Source of the DNA: Nitrosopumilus sp.
GTDB taxonomy: Archaea; Thermoproteota; Nitrososphaeria; Nitrososphaerales; Nitrosopumilaceae
DNA: 64,000 nucleotides
Direction of reading: 5' to 3'
Assembly: GCA_965223425.1 (NCBI GenBank)
Contig: OZ245003.1
Span: 1,952,001 to 2,016,000 of the forward strand
Position 1 is the first letter of the stretch. Each line of letters begins with the position of its first letter. Shown piece by piece: positions 1 through 9,608 of this stretch. The position numbers were made by a program, and so were the translations under genes. Below the pieces are notes generated by a model. The model was given only the letters and a program-made list of their open reading frames with translations, was not told where the DNA came from and did not search any database.

Positions 1-31
1 GACTGAAATCCGCAAGTCCGAGGGCAGCAGG

Positions 32-1108
32 CTACGGGTTAATCACGGCGCGGCCAATAATCTTTCGTGCCTTGAGATCCTCAAGTGCGGCATTTGCATC
101 ATCAAGAGAATATCGTTTGGATATTACAGGATTGATTACCCCTTTTCTTGCAAGATCGAGAAGCTCAACCATGTCACTGTAGTTTCCAGTGTAAGCGCCC
201 TGAATAATTATTGATTTGAGTGGAACCGTCACCAAGGACAGGTCAACAGAACCGCCAAAGAGTCCAACAAGCACCAGGTTGCCTCGCTTTCGTAAAACAC
301 CAAGTGCGGTTTTTACAGTTTGAGGTGCATTTACAAAGTCAATAACGCTATCTGCGCCCTTGCCGTTACAAATTGAAATAATTTTCTCTATTGAACCCCC
401 GGATCCTGTTGCTATAGAGCCGGCAACGTTGGTATTAACAACAGAGTCTGCGCCCATCTTCTTTGCAGTGTCAAATTTTTTGTCATCGTTATCAATGCAT
501 ATTATTTTGGCTTTTGTTATTGCTTTTGCAATTTGGATTCCCATTAATCCCAGTCCGCCAGCTCCGATTATCACTAAGAACTCTGGTGAATTTGCATTTG
601 CTTTTTTGACTGCATTGTATGCAGTAAGTCCAGAGCATGCAAGTGAGGTTGCAGAGTCTGGATCAACGCCATCAAGCTTTGCCAAGTATTTGAAATGAGG
701 AACCAAAGCGTAATCAGAATAACCACCGTCCTCAAAGACGCCCATTGATTTGGGAGTGTCACATAGGTTTTCGTTTCCCACTTTACATGCGGGACATTCT
801 CCGCAGCCTATCCAGGGAAAAACTAAGACCTCATCCCCTATTGATGTGTCAGAGACACTGTCGCCAATTTCTTCAACAGTGCCGACAATTTCGTGCCCCG
901 GAGTCACCGGATATTTTACACCCCTGTCTGTAACCTTCATGACTTGTCCGTCACCGAGGTCATAACCGCCTTCCAACAAGTGCAAGTCACTGTGACAGAC
1001 ACCAACGGACTTTACTTTAACAAGAACCTGATTTCCTTGAGGTTTTGGAGTCTCAAATTCAGATACCGTAATGGGTTCATTGGGGCCTGGAATTCGAGCA
1101 GATTTCAT
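32..1108 (-). CDS. Zinc-dependent alcohol dehydrogenase (MDR family)
   Basis: CHSD and GHE catalytic Zn motifs, CGECPAC..C structural Zn site, GAGGLG Rossmann motif. Start trimmed to MKSARI (ATG 1108; alternative 1126) to avoid overlap with scpA. Confidence 0.9.
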   Translation of the reverse strand: MKSARIPGPNEPITVSEFETPKPQGNQVLVKVKSVGVCHSDLHLLEGGYDLGDGQVMKVTDRGVKYPVTPGHEIVGTVEEIGDSVSDTSIGDEVLVFPWIGCGECPACKVGNENLCDTPKSMGVFEDGGYSDYALVPHFKYLAKLDGVDPDSATSLACSGLTAYNAVKKANANSPEFLVIIGAGGLGLMGIQIAKAITKAKIICIDNDDKKFDTAKKMGADSVVNTNVAGSIATGSGGSIEKIISICNGKGADSVIDFVNAPQTVKTALGVLRKRGNLVLVGLFGGSVDLSLVTVPLKSIIIQGAYTGNYSDMVELLDLARKGVINPVISKRYSLDDANAALEDLKARKIIGRAVINP

Positions 1109-1202
1109 AGGTTGGTTTTTGGTCATAACAATATAAGAGTTGACTGGAAATGAGAAAAAAATAGAGCCCTTAGATATTATTGGATGCGGCAAAAGATACC
1201 AC

Positions 1203-1880
1203 ATGAGCGAGTCAGAGACTCCCAAGAGTATTTCCCAGGAACCGGTAAACGTTCTGTTTAGTCCCTCATCTGTTGCCAAGAAAGACGTCTGGGAGATTGA
1301 CTTGATTCAGATTTTGAATTTGTTGGTAAAAATTCTGGAAAAATCAGGCAAGAAGGATCTCAAGGTCGCAGGAATGGCAGCACTGTCATCATCACTAATC
1401 TACAGAATGAAAGTTGAGAGTATTTTTGCATTACAAAAGGCAGCAATGGCAAAAAAACCAATACATCAAAGAACAGACGTAGATATCGAGTTGATTGATA
1501 TTCCATTTAGGCACGAATCAACATATCCCGTATCTTTGGATGATCTGTTGGGACTGCTCCAAAACCTCATAGGCACTATTGCAAACCCTCAATCAAGAAG
1601 AAACAGACAACTGGAAATAGAGCCAATTGAAGCTCCTGATTTTCAAGAATATTTTACTTCACTTGAAAGCATTATTGGAAAGTACGAAGACCTGGTAATG
1701 AAGAAAATTTCATCAGCAGGATTTGGACTATTGCAGGATATTATTGCAGAACTTGATGAAATTGACTCCATAAGATGCTTCTTTGCGGCGTTATTTTTAG
1801 CCAGAGACCAAAAAGTGAGCCTTGAACAAATTGAGGGGGACATCAAGATTACAGCAATTAAAGAAGGGTTAACAAACTGA
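1203..1880 (+). CDS. scpA: Segregation/condensation protein A (kleisin)
   Basis: DVWEIDL N-terminal motif and F.ALLFLA..Q winged-helix C-terminus; adjacent to scpB; start at ATG 1203. Confidence 0.85.
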   Translation: MSESETPKSISQEPVNVLFSPSSVAKKDVWEIDLIQILNLLVKILEKSGKKDLKVAGMAALSSSLIYRMKVESIFALQKAAMAKKPIHQRTDVDIELIDIPFRHESTYPVSLDDLLGLLQNLIGTIANPQSRRNRQLEIEPIEAPDFQEYFTSLESIIGKYEDLVMKKISSAGFGLLQDIIAELDEIDSIRCFFAALFLARDQKVSLEQIEGDIKITAIKEGLTN

Positions 1881-1933
1881 TCAAAAATGGAGAAAAGGCT
1901 TCTTTAACTAGATTTTAGAGGATTGATGAACAG

Positions 1934-2512
1934 TTGGCTAAAATTGAGAATATGGACGAAGCAACAGCAAGGGTAGAGGCTGCGTTATACTCAGCAGGAA
2001 GGCCCCTTAGAATAGAAGACATAATCAGAGCCTCAGGCACAGAATCTAGAACAAAGACGCTGGAATTGCTCAGCAATCTCATGAAAAAGACAAGGTCAGC
2101 ATTCAGAGCACTGGAGGTGGCCATACTTCCAGACGGCTCGTACGTATTCCAGCTAAAACCAGAATACAGCGCCACAGTGAAAAGATACGCCTCAAAGCCG
2201 GTTCTTCCAAACGCAACGCTCAAGACTTTATCCTACATTGCATATATGCAACCAATCTCATCAAAACAACTTGTAGAGACAAGGGGTACCGGGGTTTATG
2301 CGCATCTGAAAGAACTGCGACAGCTAGACTACATCAGTCATCAAAATGTCGGAAGGCTAAAAATTTACACAACAACTGAAAAGTTCCAAAAGTATTTTGG
2401 AATCAAGGGAGATGTGGAGGATCTGAAACAAAGACTGTTCTCCAAGGTGAGAAAAACGGCAAGCATGAATCACGCAAGCCCCACTACCCAGACTGTTACA
2501 GAATCGAACTAG
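1934..2512 (+). CDS. scpB: SMC-Scp complex subunit ScpB
   Basis: EAALYSAGRPL, TLSYIAYMQPIS and YTTTEKFQKYFG motifs. Confidence 0.92.
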   Translation: MAKIENMDEATARVEAALYSAGRPLRIEDIIRASGTESRTKTLELLSNLMKKTRSAFRALEVAILPDGSYVFQLKPEYSATVKRYASKPVLPNATLKTLSYIAYMQPISSKQLVETRGTGVYAHLKELRQLDYISHQNVGRLKIYTTTEKFQKYFGIKGDVEDLKQRLFSKVRKTASMNHASPTTQTVTESN

Positions 2513-2577
2513 CAGGTTTCAGCCCGAGGCCAATCTTTTGCGTTTTGTATAAATTAGAGTAATTCAGACAAGGCTTT

Positions 2578-2964
2578 GTGAGAAAGTCCGTAGAAAATTT
2601 AGCAACCAGTAAAACCACCGGGGGAAGAAGACGGCCACTCAGAAGTAGAAGAAAGTATGAAACCGACAGATATCCAAACGAGGCTGTAAACGGAGCTCAG
2701 GTAACCATTACAAGAAGAATTCGCGGGGACAGCAGAAAGACAGCCCTGAAATCAATTGATTTTGCCAATCTGGCAACAGGGGATGCCAAAGTTAAGAAAA
2801 CAAAAATTCTCAAAGTTTTAGAGAATTCAACAAATAACGACTATCAAAGACGGGGCATCATTACAAAGGGTGCAATACTAGAGACACAGGAAGGCAAGTG
2901 CAGAGTGGTTTCCAAACCAGGGCAGACCGGAATAGTTAACGCAGTCTTGCTAGGGATAAAATGA
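2578..2964 (+). CDS. rps8e: 30S ribosomal protein S8e
   Basis: TGGRR..R..RKYE, IITKGAILET and SKPGQTGIVNAV motifs. Confidence 0.95.
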   Translation: MRKSVENLATSKTTGGRRRPLRSRRKYETDRYPNEAVNGAQVTITRRIRGDSRKTALKSIDFANLATGDAKVKKTKILKVLENSTNNDYQRRGIITKGAILETQEGKCRVVSKPGQTGIVNAVLLGIK

Positions 2965-3260
2965 AAGATTACGAACATGTCGTAGTCTGGCTGGATTACT
3001 TTAACAAGAACTTGAAAAAGTCCAAAGGAAGAAGGCAGGGAATGGAAAAATGTGTTTTTGATCCCTCGCTAAAGGAATTAACGGATGCAACAACGGCCGC
3101 AGGATTTGAAATTACAGAGTCTGATGACAAGGTAAGGTTTCCCAAAAGGCCATATGTCAGATCAGGGTATGTTATTTTACCAAAAGGATCCTCCAAGACA
3201 AAAATTCTTGACAAAATTTCAGAAAAACTGATTTCAAAGAGAGCCAAACAGTCGAAATAG
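2961..3260 (+). CDS. srp19: Signal recognition particle subunit SRP19
   Basis: VWLDYFN......GRR motif, size, and conserved position after rps8e. Confidence 0.85.
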   Translation: MKDYEHVVVWLDYFNKNLKKSKGRRQGMEKCVFDPSLKELTDATTAAGFEITESDDKVRFPKRPYVRSGYVILPKGSSKTKILDKISEKLISKRAKQSK

Positions 3261-3332
3261 AATCAAATCTAGCTCTAGCTAAAGTAAAGTTGACAGAAGT
3301 GTATGATAGGAGTATATGATTAGTGTTTTTAA

Positions 3333-3602
3333 TTGCAGGAGGTAGGCGAAATAATGCACCTGGCCGGTAGTGGCAGGGTTATCGTTCAACTGTCTAACAA
3401 ACTAGTTGAAGGACAAATACTCTGTGACAAAAAAGGAACCAGGGTCGCAAAAGTAATGGAACTAATCGGTCCAGTAAAAAGACCGTTTGCATCAGCGACT
3501 CCGCTAACAAACAACATCAAAAAATACATTGGCAAAAGTGTTTTCGCATCTGAACAGTCTCCTGCAAATACCTACAAAAAACTTAGGAGAAGAAAAAATT
3601 GA
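3333..3602 (+). CDS. gar1: H/ACA RNP subunit Gar1/Naf1
   Basis: V.ELIGPVKRPFA motif; archaeal synteny with tfb. Confidence 0.85.
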   Translation: MQEVGEIMHLAGSGRVIVQLSNKLVEGQILCDKKGTRVAKVMELIGPVKRPFASATPLTNNIKKYIGKSVFASEQSPANTYKKLRRRKN

Positions 3603-4555
3603 ACATACTAGAAAAACAGAGCTGTCCTGAATGTAAATCAACGCTAGTTGATGACATGCAGAATGGCGAAATAATCTGCTCTGGTTGCGGCGTTGTAGTC
3701 GATGATCAGATTGCAGACTTTGGTCCAGAAACAGTTAGTTCAAATCTTGAAGACAAGATGAAGCTGGCAAGGGCGACCGGACAGACCACCTATTCCCAAC
3801 ACGATTTGGGAATAACGACTGAGATCTCAATTAGTGCAAGGGACTTTAGTGGAAAAACAATCAACCACGAAGTTGCAAATCAGATGCACAGTCTCAGAAA
3901 GTGGCAGCAAAGAATACGGGTTTCCTCACCAAGAGAGAGAAGACTGGCAAATGTTTTGTCAAAAATGGGCGAAACGTGTGACGGTCTTGGTCTTTCAAAA
4001 AATGTTTTGGAGACTGCTTCTATGATATACAGAAACATGGATGGACATGTTGATGTGAAGGGAAAATCAGTAGTCAGCATCACAGCTGCTACAGTTTACA
4101 TGGCATGCAAGCAATGTAACGTGGTAAGATCACTAGAAGAAATTTGCCGGGGAATATGTCTAGCAAAGGATGTCAAATCAAAAACAAAACTTGCAGCAAG
4201 ATACTATAGAATCATGGTAATGGAAATGGGGCAACTGACAGCCCCGGTTGTAACCATGGACAAATACATCTCAAAGATGGCAAACACCACACAAACTGAG
4301 GTCAAAGTCGAGAGACTGGCCTTGGAAATTGCAGAAAAAACCAAAAACAGTAACATTGCAGATGGAAAGGCTCCAAACGGAATTGCCGCAGCATACCTGT
4401 ATGTTGCATCAGTCCTGCTTGGACAGAACGTGCTACAAAGAGACGTTTCAAACATTGCAGGAGTTACAGAAGTCACCATCAGAAACAGATGCAAGGAGAT
4501 TCTAACAAGTTACAAACTCAAAATCGCTTTGAGGCCGTCTCTGACCAAAAACTAA
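3599..4555 (+). CDS. tfb: Transcription initiation factor IIB (paralog 1)
   Basis: CPEC..CSGCG zinc ribbon, two cyclin repeats, AGVTEVTIRNR. Confidence 0.95.
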   Translation: MNILEKQSCPECKSTLVDDMQNGEIICSGCGVVVDDQIADFGPETVSSNLEDKMKLARATGQTTYSQHDLGITTEISISARDFSGKTINHEVANQMHSLRKWQQRIRVSSPRERRLANVLSKMGETCDGLGLSKNVLETASMIYRNMDGHVDVKGKSVVSITAATVYMACKQCNVVRSLEEICRGICLAKDVKSKTKLAARYYRIMVMEMGQLTAPVVTMDKYISKMANTTQTEVKVERLALEIAEKTKNSNIADGKAPNGIAAAYLYVASVLLGQNVLQRDVSNIAGVTEVTIRNRCKEILTSYKLKIALRPSLTKN

Positions 4556-4664
4556 CCCACCACCCCCCCCCCCCTTCCTCTTTTTTCATTCTATTACCAA
4601 AAATGTACGTTAGGATCAGCTAAATTTCGTCGGCATTATATAACGAAACAAGACATTTTGCAAC

Positions 4665-5435
4665 ATGGGCATATTAGAAATCAAAGACCTTCATGTAACA
4701 AGGGAGGGTAAAGAGATTCTCAAGGGTGTCAATCTAAAAACAGAACCAGGCGAAGTTCATGCCATCATGGGGCCAAACGGTTCAGGAAAAAGTACGCTGG
4801 CTTGTACATTACTTGCACATCCAAAATATGAAGTTACGTCAGGAGATATTTTGTTGGACGGTGAAAGTATCTTAGATTTAACTGCAGATGAAAGGGCAAA
4901 GAAAGGGCTGTTCTTGGGATTCCAGTACCCAACCGAAGTTTCAGGTGTGGGATTTTCTCATTTTCTTAGAACAGCTTACAACTCGTTGAGTAAAGCACTT
5001 GAAGGGGATGACAGGGAGGTGTTCATAACAGTAAGAGAGTTTCAAAAATATCTAAAAGAAAACTTGGAAAAAGTTGGATTAAAAGAGGAATTTCTTTCAA
5101 GATATCTCAACGAGGGATTCTCTGGGGGAGAAAAGAAACGTGCCGAGGTTTTACAAATGGCAGTACTAAAACCAAAAATTTCAATTTTAGATGAACCAGA
5201 TTCAGGTTTGGACATTGATGCAGTTCAGGCAGTAGCAAAAGCAATCAGTCAGGTATCTGGCAAAGACGCAACAATTATTGTAATTACCCATTATGCCAGA
5301 ATTCTAAAGTTCCTAGACAAACTAGACTTTGTACATGTATTTGCCAAAGGAAAAGTCTTGAAAACCGGTGATGCATCACTTGCAGATAAACTAGAAAAAG
5401 ACGGTTATGATTGGGTCTTAGAGCAGACAGCCTAA
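4665..5435 (+). CDS. sufC: Fe-S cluster assembly ATPase SufC
   Basis: GPNGSGKST, FQYP, NEGFSGGEKKR, LDEPDSGLDID. Confidence 0.95.
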   Translation: MGILEIKDLHVTREGKEILKGVNLKTEPGEVHAIMGPNGSGKSTLACTLLAHPKYEVTSGDILLDGESILDLTADERAKKGLFLGFQYPTEVSGVGFSHFLRTAYNSLSKALEGDDREVFITVREFQKYLKENLEKVGLKEEFLSRYLNEGFSGGEKKRAEVLQMAVLKPKISILDEPDSGLDIDAVQAVAKAISQVSGKDATIIVITHYARILKFLDKLDFVHVFAKGKVLKTGDASLADKLEKDGYDWVLEQTA

Positions 5436-5466
5436 TCAAATCTAAACAAAATATTTTTCCAAAACA

Positions 5467-5688
5467 TTGTTGATTTACAAAGTTAATGTAGAATTTTCCA
5501 AAGGTTCCAGAAATAAAAGAAAATCAAACCAAATCAACATGGGAGCAAAATCAAAACCATCCAAAGGGAAAGCAGGTGAAGAAATCACGGAGAGCCCACC
5601 ACAGCATCGGTGCCAAAGTCTTGTCAAAGTAAAGTCGCGGCACAAATCCCGAGAAAAAATCACAGAGATTCTGCAATATGGAACCTGA
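5467..5688 (+). pseudogene. Probably degraded DUF167/YggU-family gene
   Basis: Residual KSKP.KGKA and KS.HKSREK motifs resemble DUF167, but the usual central AN..I...IA..F segment looks corrupted. Confidence 0.45.
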
Positions 5689-5725
5689 TTTTTTGTTTAA
5701 ATAGGGTTTCAAGTTTGGAAAAATC

Positions 5726-6400
5726 ATGTCAGAGGACGACGGCCAATATTATTTCAATTTCTCATTTTTCAAGGTAGATCCCAAATGGAGATGGATGGCA
5801 GACTTGGCTAAAGAAGAGTCTGCAAAAGAGGTTGAAAACATAATTAAAAATTCGGGAATAATGTTTAGATCATATTCAAATCTAGGACTGCGAGATGATT
5901 CTGATTTTTTGTTTTGGTTTGCCGCAAAAACAGTTGAGGAGATTCAGACTGCCATTGAGAAACTATACAAAACTGTGTTTGGAAAATACATCATACCATC
6001 TATGACATATCTCTCCTGTACCAGACCGTCAATTTATGCACAAGAGCAAAAAGCTCATGGGTTCATCACAGGCAATGATCCAAAAAGGCACGTCATAGTA
6101 TATCCATTTACAAAGACTAGGGAGTGGTATCTCTTGCCAAAAGAAAAACGCCAAGAGATTATGGATGAGCACATGGAGGCAAGCAAGAAGTACCCACAAA
6201 TTGTACTAAACACCACATACTCTTTTGGAATACACGATGAGGACTTTATGCTGGCATTTGAAGTAGACGATATCAGAGATTTCCAAGATCTTATCATGGA
6301 CTTGAGGGAGACCCGAGTATCATCATATGTAAAAAATGACATTCCAATGATCGTGTGCGTCAAAAAAGATCTGATTCCCCTGATATCCAGTCTGGGTTAG
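5726..6400 (+). CDS. Chlorite dismutase/coproheme decarboxylase (ChdC/HemQ) family protein
   Basis: YPF.K..EWYLLP...R..IM.EH and YSFGI.D.DF motifs; lies near heme genes. Confidence 0.85.
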   Translation: MSEDDGQYYFNFSFFKVDPKWRWMADLAKEESAKEVENIIKNSGIMFRSYSNLGLRDDSDFLFWFAAKTVEEIQTAIEKLYKTVFGKYIIPSMTYLSCTRPSIYAQEQKAHGFITGNDPKRHVIVYPFTKTREWYLLPKEKRQEIMDEHMEASKKYPQIVLNTTYSFGIHDEDFMLAFEVDDIRDFQDLIMDLRETRVSSYVKNDIPMIVCVKKDLIPLISSLG

Positions 6401-6497
6401 GATTTTACAAAAATAATTTTCCTTGAAAATTCCAGCATTACATTGAAAGTCTCGGATAAACATAAATGATGAAGTCAAAAGTATAGGAAATAGAAGA

Positions 6498-7496
6498 TTG
6501 GACTACAACAAACTTGGAAAAACAGACATCAAAGTATCAGAATTAGGATTTGGCGCATGGGCCATTGCCCTTGATTGGTGGGGCAAGAAAATTGAAGAGG
6601 ACGAGGCAAAAAGGATGCTAAAAAAGGCATACGATGTAGGAATTAACTTCTTTGAGACAGGAGACATGTATGGAAAGGGAAAAAGTGAGAGGCTGATCGG
6701 GGAGGTTTTCAGGGACATGAGAGACGAAGTTGTCATCTCTACAAAATATGGCTATGATTTTCGGGGAGCGGAGCAGATCGGACATGGCGAATTACCGCAA
6801 AAATTTGATGAGGACTTTACAAGAATGGCACTAAGGGACAGCTTGGAGAGACTGCAAACTGATCATTTAGACATGTACGGACTGCACAATCCAAAGCTAG
6901 CTCACATCAGGGATGATTCAATATTTAGTGCGCTTGATAGTTTTATTGCAGACGGGTCCATCAAGACATATCAGGTTGCATTAGGCCCTGCAATTGGCTG
7001 GATGCAGGAGGGTCTTGAAGCAATGGATAGGCCAAACATCAGCGCAGTCCAGACTGTGTATAATATTTTAGAACAGACTCCAGGAAACGAATTAATGAGA
7101 AAAGCCGAAGAGAAAAACGTCGGGATTCTAGTTAGGGTTCCCGAGGCATCAGGAATACTGACAGGAAAAGTAAATGCCGATACAAAGATTGATGAAAAAG
7201 ATCACAGATCAGTAAGAAAGGGCGAATGGATTAAAGCATCACTAGAAAAAGTCGAACAGTTAAGACCGATTGCAGAAAGAAACGGACTAAACATTACAGA
7301 GCTGGCAATGAGGTTTATCATGACAAAGAAGGGATTTGCATCAGTATTTCCAACGATGGTCAGCGAAGAAGAAATCATCACTAATGCAGAGATGGCAAAA
7401 GGCAGATACGTCTCAGCAGCAGACATGAAGGAGATAGAAGAGCTGTACGATGCCTGGCCGCCCTATGAACTAAAAGCGACACCCCAAGCAAGCTAA
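6498..7496 (+). CDS. Aldo/keto reductase
   Basis: LGFGAW, GINFFETGDMYG.G.SE, SLERLQTDHLD...LH. Confidence 0.92.
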   Translation: MDYNKLGKTDIKVSELGFGAWAIALDWWGKKIEEDEAKRMLKKAYDVGINFFETGDMYGKGKSERLIGEVFRDMRDEVVISTKYGYDFRGAEQIGHGELPQKFDEDFTRMALRDSLERLQTDHLDMYGLHNPKLAHIRDDSIFSALDSFIADGSIKTYQVALGPAIGWMQEGLEAMDRPNISAVQTVYNILEQTPGNELMRKAEEKNVGILVRVPEASGILTGKVNADTKIDEKDHRSVRKGEWIKASLEKVEQLRPIAERNGLNITELAMRFIMTKKGFASVFPTMVSEEEIITNAEMAKGRYVSAADMKEIEELYDAWPPYELKATPQAS

Positions 7497-7514
7497 TTTG
7501 CAAATGGACACTCC

Positions 7515-7841
7515 ATGGATTCGCAAAAAACGCTCGAAGTCATTGAAAGAATGAAACTGGCCAAAATTGGGGAGTATGGCAAATGGGAAGCAATCATTAA
7601 AAAAATCAAAAACCAGCAGCCGCTAAATCCAGGAGAACTCGAATATTACGCGAATCTAACAAGAATTTACAAAGACTCAGGCATTACCAGCAGAAGCAAG
7701 GTCTACCATACAAAACTATCAGAACACGACGAAAAGCCACCATGCAAGGCATGCGGGGAGGATTCCCTTTACTATTGCAACATGAATGATCAATACTTTT
7801 GTACAATCCATGTCGTCGGACACGATGAAAACGAACTCTAA
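7515..7841 (+). CDS. Hypothetical protein with C-terminal Cys/His zinc-binding cluster
   Basis: Intact ORF; C..C......C......C..H...H (B-box/HIT-like) tail. Confidence 0.7.
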   Translation: MDSQKTLEVIERMKLAKIGEYGKWEAIIKKIKNQQPLNPGELEYYANLTRIYKDSGITSRSKVYHTKLSEHDEKPPCKACGEDSLYYCNMNDQYFCTIHVVGHDENEL

Positions 7842-8854
7842 GACGCCGGAACTGTCTCTTCCAAAGTAAAGGAGTTTTCTACGAAATACTCAACCCGGGT
7901 CTTTTTGAATTCACGAGAGCTAAAGAGAATTCGGTACTCGTCAACGCTAATCTGGTCTTGTATTGTTTTTGCCATCTCATGGGCCTCATCATGAGTCTTG
8001 CAGTGAATCATTGAAAATACATTGTATGGCCAGTCAGAATACGTAGGTCTCTCATAACAATGGCTGACCTGAGGGAATGCGCCTAGCTTTGCTCCAACAT
8101 CAGATATTTTATCTTCTGGAACTCTCCAAACTATCATTCCATTAGCAGTGAATCCCACCTGCCTGTGTCTCAGGATTGCTGCAAAGCGTCTCATTACTCC
8201 AATGCTTTCGTAGTGTCGCATCCTTGCAAATAATTCATTTTCAGTGGTTCCAAGATTGTCAGCTGCCTTTGCAAACGGCTCGTCAATAATTTCCATATCC
8301 TTTTGTAATTCACGGACAAAGTCTTTGTCCTCTTCTGTGGGTTCAAACTTTACATTCTTGATCTCTTTTTTTTCTTCAGATGGCGCAACTTTGTGCTTCT
8401 TATCGTCAACCATGTCTAACTTTACACCAATTTTGAACAGTTGCAGGGTTGGAAGCATTCGAACTTTTTTGATTCCTTTTAGGACGTTAAATTTGTCAAG
8501 CTCTGTTTTCAAATCAGAGCCGGGGGGAACGGCCAAAGTGAACCAAAGATTGAATTGATGGTCACGCTCATAGTTATGACTGACACCGGGATGACAGTTG
8601 ATCTGACTTGCGACATGTTCTAGTTTGTCAGACTCGACCTCCATTGCAACAAGAGAGCTTGTGTAACCGAGTCTTCTTGTATCAAAAATGGCACTAAGTT
8701 GTCTTAGGACGCCAATCTCTTTTAGGTTGCTGAGATGTTCTTTTACAGTCTCCGGAGTAGTGTTAAATTTTTTAGCAATGGCATCAAAGGGCCTTCTCAC
8801 AAGTGGGAATGTCCATTGAATTTCGTTAAGAAGTTCTTTGTCCAGTTCATCCAT
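7838..8854 (-). CDS. Siroheme decarboxylase AhbA/AhbB-like fusion (Lrp/AsnC fold, NirDL type)
   Basis: Two tandem AsnC-type units with VSHNYER and VSHCYERP motifs; divergent from sirC-hemA-hemB. Confidence 0.85.
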   Translation of the reverse strand: MDELDKELLNEIQWTFPLVRRPFDAIAKKFNTTPETVKEHLSNLKEIGVLRQLSAIFDTRRLGYTSSLVAMEVESDKLEHVASQINCHPGVSHNYERDHQFNLWFTLAVPPGSDLKTELDKFNVLKGIKKVRMLPTLQLFKIGVKLDMVDDKKHKVAPSEEKKEIKNVKFEPTEEDKDFVRELQKDMEIIDEPFAKAADNLGTTENELFARMRHYESIGVMRRFAAILRHRQVGFTANGMIVWRVPEDKISDVGAKLGAFPQVSHCYERPTYSDWPYNVFSMIHCKTHDEAHEMAKTIQDQISVDEYRILFSSREFKKTRVEYFVENSFTLEETVPAS

Positions 8855-8954
8855 AGGTCAACAAGTCAATGACTTGACCATTCAATTAAAAATGTAGCTG
8901 GGATTTTACGCATTGTTTCAATACATAAATAGAAACCCGAGTCTTTTTGATCGG

Positions 8955-9608
8955 ATGATAGTTGATCTGAACCTTCAAGACAAAACGGTGATTGTGATTG
9001 GCAGTGGGAATGAGGCACAAAAAAGAATCAATTCATTGCCAAAACAAGGCTGTGAAGTTCTAGTGATTAGTGACTCTGTAAACTCTCAAATCAAAAAACT
9101 GGTAAGAACAAGGAAAATCAAATTTAAAAAACAAAAAGTTCAAGATACGAAATTTATTGCAAAGTTCAAGCCATACATGATCATTACAACAACTGATGAC
9201 AGAAGATTAAATCAGAGAATTGTCAACTGTGCAAGAAGACGCAAAATCATTGCATACAGCGCAGATAGTCCCGAAGATAGTGATTTTTCAAATCCGGCCA
9301 TAATTGATTTTGAAAATGTGGTTCAGATTGCAGTTTTTACAGGGGGTCAAAGTCCAGCAATGGCAAAGAAAATTAAAAACAAATCAGAGGGAATGCTCAA
9401 AAAGATAATTACAAGACAGGACGTTGCCCAAATCAAAATTCAAAGGATCGCAAGAAAACTAGCAAAAGAGGCCATACCAAATCAAATCCAGAGAAGGGAG
9501 TATCTCCGTGCCATCATGAATGACAATAAGATTGATCAGTTAATAAAAGACGGCCAGGTAAAAAAAGCTGAAAAGCAAGCCATTACAATATTGAGGGATT
9601 GGAAATGA
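8955..9608 (+). CDS. sirC: Precorrin-2 dehydrogenase/sirohydrochlorin ferrochelatase (SirC/CysG N-terminal type)
   Basis: VIG.G..A.KR, D.P..SDF..PA, IAVFTGG.SP; start at ATG 8955. Confidence 0.85.
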   Translation: MIVDLNLQDKTVIVIGSGNEAQKRINSLPKQGCEVLVISDSVNSQIKKLVRTRKIKFKKQKVQDTKFIAKFKPYMIITTTDDRRLNQRIVNCARRRKIIAYSADSPEDSDFSNPAIIDFENVVQIAVFTGGQSPAMAKKIKNKSEGMLKKIITRQDVAQIKIQRIARKLAKEAIPNQIQRREYLRAIMNDNKIDQLIKDGQVKKAEKQAITILRDWK

